The notes: a model not told the origin generated them from the sequence alone. Positions 28,766-43,809 are shown, counted from the stretch's first letter. The stretch: DNA of 64,000 nt from the human T2T-CHM13v2.0 reference genome, Homo sapiens (GCF_009914755.1 NC_060925.1), one strand, 5' to 3'. Made by a program: numbers and translations.

Positions 28766-30468
28766 CTTTAGGAAAGAGGGGCAAAACCACTCAGCCACAG
28801 ACACTGGGAGCAGGGAAACACTCAGAGACTTGTGCAGAAAGAGACCTGGATAAAAATTCTTCTCTCAGTTACTCATGCATTAGTTGCTCAACAAACATTT
28901 AAAAGAGGAAATAGGATAGATATATGGAAATAGCTAACAAGCCAAGCCAAATGCGATCTTACATAAGAGAACAATTTGTAAAAATGCTTTGCAGTTTTAA
29001 AGGATGGAATAATTACAAACAATAAGATGGGAAGGAGGAAGAAAGCATGGAAAAGTGTTCATTTGAACTGAGCCTTATGGAGCAGAAAGATTTTTGACAG
29101 GTCAATCATAAGCATAACATGTTCTAAGAAGAGCAAACAGCAATAGCAAAGGCATAGGAGAAACTTAGCATGAATTGTCTGCCAGAAAGTGTGAGAGCTA
29201 TAATTTTTATAAGTTATAAGGAAATCATTGGCACCGAAACAATAACAGTGTTTTGGGACTATACAGTTTGAGAATCTACAGAGGGCTTTGAATGCCAGAT
29301 TAACTCAGAACATTATGTATTACCTGTCTTATATAACTGAAATTGCCACCTATGTCATATCTTCAAGAATCTTATATTTTTCAACTACTCCATTGCTCTG
29401 GGTAGCATGTGGACCACATATGTCGTTAAACCCCGCAATGGTACCATTTGCTATAGCCCCAGTGATTCTGACAGAAATGAAGATGTTTCAAACATTTCTC
29501 AAATATTGTAATTAATGTAGATGCTGGTTACATGCAAAACTGTGCATAATACAAAAGTTTATTATACTTTATACAAATAAACAAGTTTTGAAATTTTCCT
29601 TTTATGGGTTCTTCTTTAAAATAAGATTCTATTCTGGCTAAAATCTGTGTCCGTTGACCATATTTTGATGACAGAATGGGCTAGAATTTTTATGCTATAT
29701 ATAGAAAGGCCAGACCCAGTTTTAAGATATATAATGCAAATTTGTTTTGACAATTTAAAAAATACATAAACAGTAAAAAGTTCACTCACACACAAAAAAA
29801 TTGAATTGACAATATTAGCACAAACATTTGGAAGAGTTTGTAGATTAAGTCCAAAAATAGCTGTTACATTAATAATAGATTACAGAGTATGACTCCTTAT
29901 TGAAATAGTGATGATCTTCATTTCTAGATGTTCAGAGAAAATTTTCTGACTACATGACATTTGGGAGTTTTTAGAAGTAATAAGAAGGGACAGTTTGGAG
30001 AGGTGCAATAGTAGTCATAGGGTATGGTGTATGAAAAGAAAGAGGCATCATAGACAAAGGAAAAATATTTTGGAAAACATTCAAATGAGAGAGCATTCCT
30101 TATTTGGAGAAGTTAAGAGACAAGGACATTGAGGTTAGAGGAAATAATTAGAAAGAACATTGGAAAAAACTAATTGATCTGGATAATGTGGAACAGGTTT
30201 AAGTGGGCTTGATCTTGAGCCAAATTATCCTGCACTGTTATAGGAGGAATTTTATGCCATTTAATGACAGCTTTAATATCACAGCTCTCTTCACCCCAAG
30301 AAACACGAAGATATCCCATCATTTTTTATGCCTCAACCCCAGGGGAAGATAAGAGGCAGGAGTCCTGGGTATAAGCCAGCCACTCAAGGTTTATATCTCA
30401 TATAATCAGTTAAAACCCTGATAACATAATCAATAATTGGAAACTTCTTCAAGGGCCCATACATATAC

Positions 30469-30594
30469 CTTCGTTTCTTCGTGGGCAGAATGACCCATGG
30501 TAAATCGTTCTTCCCTTGTTTTTTCCAGTTCAGACATGAGTCTTGATTTTGTTTGCACCTCTGCTTCAAGGGATTGATGCTTCTGATATTTCCC
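30469..30594 (-). CDS. SPTA1: SPTA1 exon 3 ([13 protein letters not shown]...AHEETK)
   Basis: ctttag|GGG ... AAG|gtatat; 126 nt. Confidence 0.96.
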
Positions 30595-31083
30595 CTAAAG
30601 TTTAGAAATCAGAGTTTTTGTCTAATGAAGCACAGTCTTCATGGGAAATGTTCACTCTATGTAAAGCCACCAAACACAGGTTCTCAAAGGGTCCCAGACT
30701 CAGAGGCCATAAAGAGTATTTTCCTGTCCCCACTGGCTTTAGGAAGTTTTCAGTAAATACTGTCCTGAGCTATGCTGAGCCTTATGATCTATGCCGAGCC
30801 TTATTTTAAAGGCTCAATAGACTGCCATAGGAATAAAAGAGTGTAACACACAGTGTCCTTCCTCATCAGAAAAGAGGAATAACTGATTTTTTTTTGGAAG
30901 TAGAGCACAATGAGAAAGATGATAGTTATAATAATGGTTTTTAAAAAAAAAATTGAGAGTTTTTTTTGCATGCTGTGCCTGTTCTTGTAATCTATAAATT
31001 GATCCATTCAATATAACACATTATTTTGCTCTTGTTCTAGGTGTTTCCTGTCCAACATCAATTGCTTCTGATTATGACAACAC

Positions 31084-31452
31084 CACATGCTATAATTTTA
31101 GGTGAATAGAAAGGGGTAGGCACTTTCACCAAATTTCTTCTACTGAAACCTCTCTTTTGAAGTTAAGAGCCATGAATAGCAATTTAGGGAAAAAAAAAAA
31201 AAACTCTGGTTAACTCATCTCTCTGAGAAGAGTAGAGAACAGGTATCACATGCTATAATTTTAGGTGATCAGAAACGGGTAGGAGCTTTCACCAAACTTC
31301 TACTGAAACCTCTCATTAGAACTTGAGACCCATGAACAACATTTTAGGAAAAACTTAAGAGCCATGAATAGCAATTGAGTTAACCAGGTTAACTAAATTG
31401 GATTTTAGTTAACCTGGTTAACTCTTATATTTCTGAGAAGAGTGGAGGACAG
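31084..31452. repeat. Diverged tandem duplication (period 163) with a perfect 21-bp inverted repeat in copy 2
   Basis: cacatgctataattttaggtga starts at both 31084 and 31247; stem arms at 31377-31397 and 31404-31424. Confidence 0.9.
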
Positions 31453-32203
31453 TTGCTTCAGAAGCATTGATGACTCTTCACCCTATTTCCCTTCTTAATG
31501 TCCCAAAATATCAAAAATCACATGGTTTGTCAGAAATTTCTTGAATTTGCAGTTGCTGTTTTGCCTGTAGGTCAATTTCAGATGAGTATTGTAACCATCA
31601 AATTCTATACAGAATAAATCTCCTTTGCAAATAACACCCCGATGTTTATGAAGATGAAGACATGGACTATTTAGAGGCAGAATTACTGTTTCTAACAGAC
31701 AGTCTAATTTTTCCATTACATCACTCCCACTACAATTAACCAGATATACACTTACATTACCATAATATTTGTGCTGGATCTGAAAAAAAATTGATGTAAT
31801 TTTTTACTTTTGGCATTGATGAATGCTTCACCATGAAAATATGTAAAGTATCCTATGCCCTTATCAATAAGCAATATCCTTGGTTAATGATTAAAAAATG
31901 TATATTCTGAATGGAAGTTCATTGTAAGAAACAGTTCTGTGCTTTCAACAACTGAAAAACTGCCACTTTTTGTTTGATTCTTATTTTCTCAGTCTCACCT
32001 CTCCAACTTCATAAGGGAAAATGCACTTTTAGATTTTCTATTAATTTATTTCTTTAACTTCCCACTCCACTGACTTATTTTTGTTTCTAAATGGAATCTA
32101 ATTGTACCCACACATACCCATTAACATTAACATAAAGAAAAACCTATTTCCTTCTCTAGAGATCTTAGGGTCTGCTCTGAGGCAATCAAGAGAACTGAGT
32201 GAC

Positions 32204-32443
32204 CTGTATATTAGTTGGGTCTTCATAGCTCTTATCGGTTAAGATATTGACTTTCTCCATGATCCACTTCCCCAGATCATCTGCATCTCGCTTGAAAACT
32301 TGTAAGTGATAGGAATCCTCAAGCTTCTGACCCCTCTCAGCAACCCGCTCCTTGAAACTTTGATACCGAGTCAACACTTCCTGACGCCTCTCCTGGATCT
32401 CTTCTGCTGTTTCCAAAACCTTTGGCCCACTGCTCTCCACAAC
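32204..32443 (-). CDS. SPTA1: SPTA1 exon 2 (alpha0 tetramerisation helix and start of repeat 1; [23 protein letters not shown]...DPTNIQ)
   Basis: ttgcag|GTT ... CAG|gtcact; 240 nt; Arg28 CGT at 32384-32386. Confidence 0.98.
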
Positions 32444-33589
32444 CTGCAAGTTAAAAAGATTCTGTTAATTGCTAGTTCTCAAATATTTAACATGTTGCCC
32501 CGCTTATATGTGTCAAGGTGTTTACTCATGTTGGACCTATATTCAGATATCCTGAAGTTTCTAGGGACTATTGTCAGAAGAGCTGTAGTATATTTACGTA
32601 ATTTTTAACCAGACATAGCTACTGTTTAGGTTAAAAATTCTTGATTATCCAGAAGACTCTCCTCACTTTTTACATAAATTTGTGCTAGCATTTAAGTTCT
32701 ATAGATATAATTATATTGGACTGTTCATGGAGCAAGTTTAAATTAGCAAAATCACATAATTTCAGATAGATAAAAAGAAATATAATGTTATTGCTTTCAA
32801 GGGCTAAAAAGGTGTTGAGAAGTGCTTATTATTTTTAACTTAATTTAATAAATAATTAAGAATGGCTTGCAATTAGTTTAGTTAATGATATATGCAACAG
32901 TTTGAAAATTTTGTTTCCTTCATACTTAAAAATAAATCTCATATATTTACTCTTTACTTGCTTTACTCACAAACACTATAAATCAAAAGTTCAGCTATCT
33001 TCTGCCCAATTGTCACAAATTTCAAATTATTAGCATGTCTGCAATTTATTTTTGAAATATAAAACCTTTTACTCTAAAACAATATATAAGTATCCTTTTC
33101 CCAGAGTGGGAGCCAACCTGTTTGTGACAATATCCAGCAAAATCATCATAGGGTTCACCTTCATTCTTCTGGATATGGATACCATTTTCCCTAGCTTACC
33201 TCAGCCAAAATGTTTAATATAGAGTTTAAATTTTAATCTCCCATTATTCCTCCTAAGTATAATTGCTACTCTGTGAATTGCCATTACTGGCATGGCTATA
33301 GAATTAGATCATTCCATGGAGACTCACGTTGTTACTAGGTGTTATTTAGCTTCAATCTCCCTACTTATTCTCTCTGGGAACCGACTTAAGTCATTACTGG
33401 GTCTTGGTGCTGCACAGACATAAGCTCAAGGTTATTGTTCACAAAAAATAGTTAAAAGTAAAATTATCTATTTGTTAAAAGCCAAATAATTATTAATGTT
33501 CCTGGGAAAGATAGTATAGAAAGTTTAAAGGAAACATCTTTCCTAATAATATTAATGACAAATTGCATGGAAGAGAAATATGTACTCAC

Positions 33590-33613
33590 GGTTTCCTTTG
33601 GAAATTGCTCCAT
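33590..33613 (-). CDS. SPTA1: SPTA1 coding part of exon 1 (MEQFPKET)
   Basis: AAAATGG Kozak context; ATG GAG CAA TTT CCA AAG GAA ACC|gtgagt. Confidence 0.97.
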
Positions 33614-33633
33614 TTTTCCTAAAGGTTTAGAAC

Positions 33634-33754
33634 CTGGCAAGATAAAATGTGTCAGAGAGAGAGAGAGAGAGAGAGAAATAATTCAAATGGAACTGTCCAG
33701 TCGAATTCAAATAGAAATATAGAAACGTTAAGTATGTGGGGGAAAAAAAAAAAC
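33634..33754 (-). other. SPTA1: Probable 121-nt intron within the SPTA1 5'UTR (intron 1')
   Basis: weak donor GAG|gttttt; (CT)11 tract then ttttatcttgccag|GTT acceptor 20 nt upstream of the ATG. Confidence 0.6.
33654..33675. repeat. (AG)11 microsatellite in the SPTA1 5'UTR region
   Basis: directly visible. Confidence 0.95.
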
Positions 33755-33794
33755 CTCTTGCTTGGTCCTAGAATCCCATCAGCCATACACAATC

Positions 33795-33870
33795 GACATT
33801 ATCTTTAGAAGACATACTCAGCTGAGGCAACTGCTAAGTTTTACAGATACTGGGTGACTCAGCAGTTTTG
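33795..33870 (-). promoter_or_regulatory. SPTA1: SPTA1 erythroid promoter region with NF-E2 and GATA motifs
   Basis: perfect NF-E2 motif TGCTGAGTCAC (minus strand, 33854-33864); AGATAA at 33799-33804 (minus); AGATAC at 33845-33850; further AGATAA at 33640-33645; no CpG island. Confidence 0.8.
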
Positions 33871-35085
33871 GGAGGCTCTGGCTTTCAAAGTTACTCAATA
33901 AGACTTAAAAAATGAAAGTAAGGTTTTTGGATGAAAAATTAGAAAAAAAAAAACCCATATATTTTTAGGAAATACAGCTCAACAACTTCATCCAACTCAA
34001 CTGCAGATTTTTCACAGTCTTTAAGTCAACGAATTATCCTGGCTTTTTCTAGAGAGTCTTTCACAAAATGAGATTTTATTCCTAACCTCAACAATTTGGT
34101 CTTTAAAAATCTGATTTAGTTGTACTCTTAATCATTTAAATGGAAGGAACAAAAAAAGTTATATGATGTGTTCATTAATATTTTGTAAAACAAAAATTAG
34201 GATACCTTATTTGACAAACCAATGATGTCACAAGAAAGTTGAAAATATGGCTGACTTCTGATATATATGGTATAAATCATCCTACTGTAAGTATTAATTT
34301 TAATGGAGAACAAAAGGAGGTAGACTTTTTCCATAGGCATAGTTATTTTAGACTAACTTACAAAAATGAAACAAACAAGCAAAAAGAAAATAGTGGGATG
34401 CTCTTAGACCTTTCTACAAGCCAGTGGGGCTATCCATGCCAAACTTCATTCCAGTGTAAATGCAGCTTGAATAATCTAACTTCCATGATCTACAAGAGAA
34501 GATTTTGATTCTACATTTGTGGTTTCCCCTGTTCTTGGATCTCACATAGAAAAACTGAGAGTCCTTTACATTCTCTTCTTGAAAGTCTGGATTACTTTAC
34601 TTTTCCATATAGTTTCATTATATTCAAGTCAAATTTAGTAGTAAAGGCAGGAACATAATTTTAGAGACTGCACTATAACACATGCACTGAGGAATATTTG
34701 TCTGAAGTTGGGATAAGGAGAGGAAATTATTTTATCTTTAAGAGAAAAGAATCAACATCTATGAAATATTTATATATTAACATGATCAATTTACATTAAT
34801 TTCTAATCTTTAAAAATTCTGTGAGGCAGGTATTATCATACCCGTCTTTATATGAGAAAACAGTCCCTAAAAAACAAAGTTTCATTCTATGGTGATTTGG
34901 TTTGAAAGTATTTAAATAGTCAAATCCATATCAATATGATTATCATGGCACTCTGCTCCTTATTTTTTTAGTCAATCTTCTCTTAGTCCATCAACATTAT
35001 TTGTTCTGTTTCCCTGTTCCAGAATCATCTTAGCAAGAATGCCAAACATGTGATAACCTTGTGACCAAAGAAATAGTATGGCCCA

Positions 35086-36026
35086 TTGTGAATAGTGCCA
35101 CAATATACATATGTGTGCATGTGTTTTTATAGTAGAATGATTTATAATCCTTTGGGTATATAGCCAGTAATGGGATTGCTGGGTCAAATGGTATTTATGG
35201 TTCTAGATCCTTGAGGAATTGCCACACTGTCTTCTACAATGGTTGAACTAACTTACACTCCCACCAACTGTGTAAAAGCATTCCTATTTCTCCACATTGT
35301 CTCCAGCATCTGCTGTTTCCTGACTTTTTAATGATCGCCATTCTAACTGGCATGAGATGGTATCTCATTGTGGTTTTGATTTGCATTTCTCTAATGACCA
35401 GTTATGATGAGCTTTTTTTCATACGTTTGCTGACTGCATAAATATCTTCTTTTGAGAAGTGTCTATTCATATCCTTTGCTCACTTTTTGATGGGGTCATT
35501 TGTTTTTTTCCTGTAAATTTGTTTAAGTTCCTTGTAGATTCTGGATATTAGCCCTTTGGAACCAACCTGAATGCCTATCAATGAAAGACTGGATAAAGAA
35601 AATGTGGTACCTATACACTATGGAATACTATGCAGCCATAAAAAAGGATGAGTTCATGTCCTTTGCAGGGATATGGATGAAGCTGAAAACCATCATTCTC
35701 CACAAACTATCACAAGGACAGAAAACCAAACACCACATGTTTTCACTCATAAGTGGGAGTTGAACAATGAGAACACATGGACACAGGGAGGGAAATATCA
35801 CACCCTGAAGCCTGTTGCGGGGGTGGTGGGCTAGGGGAGGGATAGCATTAGGAGAAATACCTAATGTAGATGACGGGTTGATGGGTGCAGCAAACCACCA
35901 TGGCATGTGTATACCTATGTAACAAACCTGCATGTTCTTCATATGTGTCCTAGAACTAAAGTAAAATCATCACAATAAAAAGAAAGTAAAAATGCTTACT
36001 AATTCTATAATGTTTATTTTTAAAAA
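35086..36026 (+). mobile_element. L1PA with 5' inversion (twin priming): inverted ~35086-35557, sense ~35556-35967, then a short tail
   Basis: orientation switch at gccct-ttg-gaacc; 19-bp TSD aaagaaatag(t/c)atggccca at 35067-35085 and 36027-36045. Confidence 0.9.
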
Positions 36027-36064
36027 AAAGAAATAGCATGGCCCAATCAGCAGAACTGATCATA

Positions 36065-37846
<1,782 letters not shown>

Positions 37847-38342
37847 AGAATCATAGTCTTTAGAGCAAAACTGCAATATGGAGGTACACAGGAGACATTC
37901 AGGGGAAAGTTTTGACACATAAAAACTGGTGAGTTCCTTGAGTTTTCCGTCATTGTAGACAGCAGAGATTCATGTAAAGTTTGCTCTGACAGTACTCTGG
38001 CTGCTGCTCTGGCATTTAGTGACTTAAAATTCAGTCCCATCCTGCACTCAAAGTCCCTTGAAACTAACATTGATTCTCCAGTCTCTAAGCATTGTTTATG
38101 ATTATTAGTGCACATAACAAGGCATGTCACTGAGATAGAAGAAAGGGCATGATGGAAAAGTCTTATACCTTGGTGGTTTAACACTTGGACCTCTGACTTT
38201 CTTCTTCTACTTCTACAATCTCCCAAGAATATTCATTGGCTCTGATCACATAGAGACCCTTATTTAAAAGGACTCAGGAAAAAAAATGGATGGCAAATAC
38301 CATGGAAGTATAAAAGGAAGTACAATCTATAAAACTGCATGC

Positions 38343-38779
38343 CCCAAATGCCCATCAATGATAGACTGGATAAAGAAAACGTGGCACATATATACCATGG
38401 AATACTATACAGCCATAAAAAAGAATGAGTTCATGTCCTTTGCAGGGATGTGGATGAAGCTGGGAATCATCATCCTTAGCAAACTAAAAGAAACAGAAAA
38501 CCAAACACTGCATGTTCTCACTCACAAGTAGGAGTTGAACAAAGAGAATACATGGACACAGGAAGGGAAACATCACACACTGGGGCCTGTCATGGGGTGA
38601 GGGGCAAGGGGAGGGAGTGCATTAGGACAAATACCTAATGCACGCGGGGCTTAAAACCTAGATGATGGGTTGATAGGTGCAGCAAACCACCGTGGCACAT
38701 GTATTCCTATGTAACAAACCTGCATGTTTTGCTCATGTATCCCATAACTTAAAGTAAAATAAATAAAATAAAATGAATA
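38343..38779 (+). mobile_element. 5'-truncated L1PA 3' end
   Basis: TSD aaaactgcatgc at 38331-38342 and 38780-38791; L1 3'UTR. Confidence 0.9.
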
Positions 38780-40652
38780 AAAACTGCATGCTATGCTATA
38801 TACATTGGTGCTGAGAGTTTACAGGAGACACTAGGGTTTGTTACAGACAGATTATTTAAAGAAAAAATTGGAAAAGAGTTCTATTTTTTATTAGAGAATT
38901 ACGAACTTGAGTAATAAGTAAATTTTCAAATAAAGTTAAGGGGTAAATAATCTTAGAGGACCTGAAGTGAAAAAAAAAAACAAACTTTATTTTTTGAATT
39001 GTATTATCTAAATGCTCTGGCCCATTTAGAAGTCAAAAATTAGAGAGATTTTAAAATGAGAATTATATATTTAGATATATTTTACACCACTTTACAAGGG
39101 CAGGAATAATTTGGAGGGCTGCTGTATTTGGCCATGGTTATCACCTCTGGGAGGGTCTGTACTTTACATGACAGTTTAATCAGCACTGAACAGCTTGCCT
39201 CAGCCTCTGTTTAGGCATCAGAGCAAAGTGATCTGTTTGATCTCCTAGACTCAGAAACTTAAAGAGATGCTTTATATCCAAAAATTCTAAAGTCTTCTCA
39301 ACTGGAATCACTAAAATCCCTACCTGTTTTCTGTGGATCTTTTGGAGTTCAGCTTTTTCTGCTGATTACCAATAAAGACAAATATTTTAACTTAAATGTA
39401 AAACTATTTTTCTCATAAAATTTTTATTATTTTAAATTTTTACTTTGTGTTTCTCCAGAAATAGTTTTTATTTTAAAATTCCTCCAATTTTGACTTATAA
39501 ATGAGTTAGAACAGTAGCTAATGTCATTCAAAAAATTTTACAAGGCCTTTTGCAGTTTACTGTAGCCACCTTGATTTATCACTTTAGGTCTTCTAAGGTT
39601 ATTTGTCCCTTGACTCTTTGCTTACAGAACTGCAAACTTGAGCAATGTATAAGTTATCAGATGTATATATTGCTCATTTATAATTCTCTAATCAATGAAA
39701 TAGAACTCTTTTCTTTTCCTATCTTGATCATCTCTCACTTTCTTATTTATTTTATTATCTTTCTGTTGACTTATTTGGTTTTACTGCTTTGAGTAAGAAA
39801 AACCCTAAAACCATGGTTTTCTTTAATGCAATTAACTATGTAATTGAAATTGGAAGACAGCTTAGGCCAACAGAACATACACTGATTTAAGTTCTGGTTC
39901 CAGCATTTAATGATCAGATGATTATTGGAAATTTACTTAAAATATATTAAGCATATAATAAGTACAGTAATGACTAATCCCTATTCCAGAAAATCATTAT
40001 ATGGCCCAATTTAGGTGGCAGACTAAAAAGCATTTGCATGTAAGTCTACATAGTAAAATAATTATTATTGTAAACTGATTTGAATAATGTCAACCACATA
40101 TATTTAAGCCTTTAAATTTATATATTTCATTCTGAATCATTCAATTTTCAAAACCAGAATGTAAAGGACAGGGATTTGATATGGGATAATTTCTCATAAA
40201 GCTAAGTACTTATCTCTTAAAGAACAATTTTGCAACGTATCATTAGCATATCTTGCATAAAATTGCTTCATGCTCCTGTCCACTAATAATTATCTCTGAT
40301 TACAGCAACCCCGAAGGGAATTATCTAAGCCTAAATTTTCAGCTTTACAAAACCAGCATACTTGGTGATGTGGTCCCACTCAGGGAAATAAACTTAAAAA
40401 GAGCTCGATGGAAGAATATAATTTCTCATTTGAATAGAGGCAAGTAGGAAATAAAGCCAAGTGTGGAACTAAATGTATCATTGCCTTCAAAGTCATGACT
40501 AAACTATGAAGTTTAATTACTATGTTTATGGTACTAGAGTCTCAAGATATTAATGAAAGCCCCATTTAACATCTAGGTTTATGTCAGTCATACAAATCTA
40601 AGTGGATTAACTGTTGTATAGCTTCATTTTACCATTAAAAATTGTCTCTGTG

Positions 40653-40967
40653 GGCCAGGTGCTGTGACTCAGGCCTGTAATCCCAGCACTTTGGGAGGCT
40701 GAAGTAGGTGGATGACTTAAGATCAGGAGTTCAAGACTAGCCTGGGCAATATGGGGAAACCTCGTCTCTACTAAAACAAAACAAAACAAAACAAACAAGC
40801 AAAACAAAAATTAGCTGGGCGTGGTGGCGAATACCTGTAATCCCAGTTACTCAAGAGACTGAGGCATGAGGTTCACTTGAACCCAGGGAGGCTGAGGTTG
40901 CAGTGAACAGAGATTGTGCCACTGCACTTTGGTCTGAGGGACAGGGCAAGATTCTGTCTTAATGAAA
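40653..40967 (+). mobile_element. Alu (older J/S type)
   Basis: TSD aaaaattgtctct at 40637-40649 and 40968-40980. Confidence 0.9.
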
Positions 40968-41634
40968 AAAAATTGTCTCTAAGTGAAAATATACTTTCTT
41001 ATCTTTACACATTCTCTCCCCTATCCCTGCCATTTTCTGTTGAATATGAAAATAGTCTGAGTTTCCTTTTCTATAATGTATAGCTTCAAGAGATAAAGGC
41101 TGCCTCTAATTATTCATTTACTCATTCAGCAAACTATTATAGAGAGTTTCTACAGGCAAAGCATTCTGTTAAGCATTGGGAATGTGGAGATAAACAAAGT
41201 AAGATACCTTCTTTCAAGTAGCATACAAATTAGAAAAACATAAGATATATAAACTGTGACATAAGAAAGTATAAAAATCATGCCAAATAGAGGGTCCAAA
41301 CAATGTGTTATAGAAACAAAGAAATGTGTGTTTACTGCTCTATGAATAGGCTGGAGAAGACCTCAGGGGAGAGACAATATTTTATACCTCTCACTGAATT
41401 CAAAAAATAATAAACCAAGGACCTGTGTACAGTTTTATCTTACTTTCTTTGAATTCTATAGTTAATCAACCTCTGAGGACATTTACTAAGTCCACAGAGA
41501 TAATAAGAACAACTAAACATCATTTACTACCTGTACACCAAAAAAGGAAGCACAGCAGCAACAAACACACTGAACGTATTAATGTAAATATTTGTATAAA
41601 TATTCTTTGGTAATTAAGAGGTGTGTATTTGGTC

Positions 41635-42512
41635 TTATTTGACATGATGTGTGCATATCATTGATTGGCACATGTGCTTTTTTATTGCTTCCTTTATCTC
41701 TTTATTCCTCAGACTACAGATGATTGTGTCGGTGACAGCACTGCAAACATTAGGCTGATGGTTGTGTCCCAGAAAAAGGAGTACTTGGCAGAGAAGAGCA
41801 GGTACATCAGGGCTACACTTCCAAAAAAGATTAAGAAAATAGCAAGGTGGAAAGCATAGGTAGAAAATGCCTTTTGGCATCCATCAGCAGAGCAGTTTCT
41901 TAGGATCACTGCAATAATTTGGACGTAAGCCAAAGTCACAAGCATTATAGCTGTGATGATCTCCACAGCATGTACAATGTCCACAACCTTGATTAAAACA
42001 ACTGGGCCAGTGTCTACACATGCTAGATTCAGGATAGGATCAAGGTCACAGAAAATGTTGTGGATTTGATTTGGACCACAAAATGGCAGTGTGGATATCC
42101 AAGCAATCTCAGGGAGCAGCGTGAAGAAGCCACAGATGCAACAACCTAGAATCACCTGAGTGTAGAGCTAAGGTGTCGTGACTGTGGGGTAGCAAAGGTG
42201 ATTACAGATGGCCAGGTATCTGTCCATAGCCCTGGTGGTGAGCAAGCAAACCTCAGTGATGCCGAGGGAGTAAAAGAAATACATCTGCAATAGGCAACCA
42301 TCCAGGGAGGTGGTCTTCTGCTCACTGGCTAGGTTGAAGAACATCTTGGGGATGGTGATGGTGGTATACCAGATCTCTAGGAAGGAGAGGACACTGATGA
42401 AGAAATACAAGGAGCTGTGCAGGCAGAAATCCAGTTTGATGGCAAAGAACACCATAAGACTACCAATGATGGTGAATAGGTAAATGAGGAGCAGAAGGAT
42501 AAAAAACAAAAG
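41635..42512 (-). pseudogene. OR6K1P: Olfactory receptor family 6K pseudogene
   Basis: [21 protein letters not shown] and SLRNKEIK motifs paralogous to OR6K2; in-frame TAG at 42168-42170; ~7-nt frameshifting deletion near 41725-41730; N-terminus replaced by an Alu. Confidence 0.88.
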
Positions 42513-42514
42513 CC

Positions 42515-42837
<323 letters not shown>

Positions 42838-42841
42838 CTAG

Positions 42842-42992
42842 GTGTGTATGAGCTTAGACTCTCCCTGGGTGGGTCTAGTGCGGCTGCTGTTGGGGATCGG
42901 GGTGAGGTTCCCAGGTCAATGGAGTTGTGTACCTAGGAGGAATACGGCTGCCTCTGCTGAGTTATGCAGGTTGTCAGGAAAGTGGGAGAAAG
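42842..42992 (-). mobile_element. Isolated ~150-bp fragment resembling an L1PB/L1MA 5'UTR
   Basis: ggctgctgttgggga..ggggtgaggttcccaggtcaatggagttgtgtacctaggagga resembles the antisense L1PB 5' region as I recall it. Confidence 0.55.
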
Positions 42993-43049
42993 CTAGAGAA
43001 CATATATGAAAAGAAATCTAGAGAACATATATGAGAATAGATAATAAGG

Positions 43050-43800
43050 ATATGTAAAAATAGTGGAAGGAACATAAAGTTGGATCAAGTTAAATTTATT
43101 GATATGGGCTCACTAAGCAGAGATTTTGAATTTAATGTTCCAGCTCAGGGAGTAGGAAAGGGATGCAATAGGTTGGTTGGTTGGTTGGTTGGTTGATTGA
43201 TTGGTTGAAAGATGGCTCAAAAGATGACCCACCAAAAGCAGAGGAAATGCTTGAAATTGGACTGTTATTCCATAGATTCCACAGTGAAGGGAAGGAAGAG
43301 TATGTCTGGTACACAGGAGATTCTTTAGCACGTCTTTTAGTATTTCCGTGCCCTGTGATTAAGGACAATAAAAAATTACAACACCACAATCCAGAAAGGA
43401 CTACTAATGACCAAGATCCTTGAGGAATTAATGTTCGGGTCACCATATCAGTTAAGGAACTATGACCAATAGATGTGCTTGATGAAGGCAAAGTGAATAC
43501 AGAATGAGTAGTAGGAGAAGGTAGTTATAAATACTAGCTATGATAACATGACTAGTTATAAAAATGGAAACTATAATTATAATTGCCAGGAGTGTTTCCT
43601 CCTTATTTTGTTGTGAACATGTTTATATATACTCACACACATATATATACACACACATTAGCAAATGTGTTTTCTTTCCTCTCTTACTTTTATCATATAA
43701 CATAAGACACATTGCTTTATATCAATATTTAATAATTGTTAATTTTACATCATAGTATTTAAGTTATATTAAGAAAAAAGTAAACATCACTCAAGGATTT
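43050..43800 (+). mobile_element. ERVL (HERV-L) internal remnant: gag fragment joined to the dUTPase/3' region
   Basis: translates to GRNIKLDQVKFIDMGSLSRDFEFNV (gag-like), then EIGLL..GKEEYVWYTGDSLARLLVFPCPVIK (ERVL dUTPase-region-like). Confidence 0.75.
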
Positions 43801-43809
43801 ACTGCCTCT

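Noticed and set aside
43181-43423. 80-aa ORF as a domesticated retroviral dUTPase
   Set aside because: It covers only part of the region, begins in a microsatellite and is flanked by stops; this is a decayed ERVL remnant.
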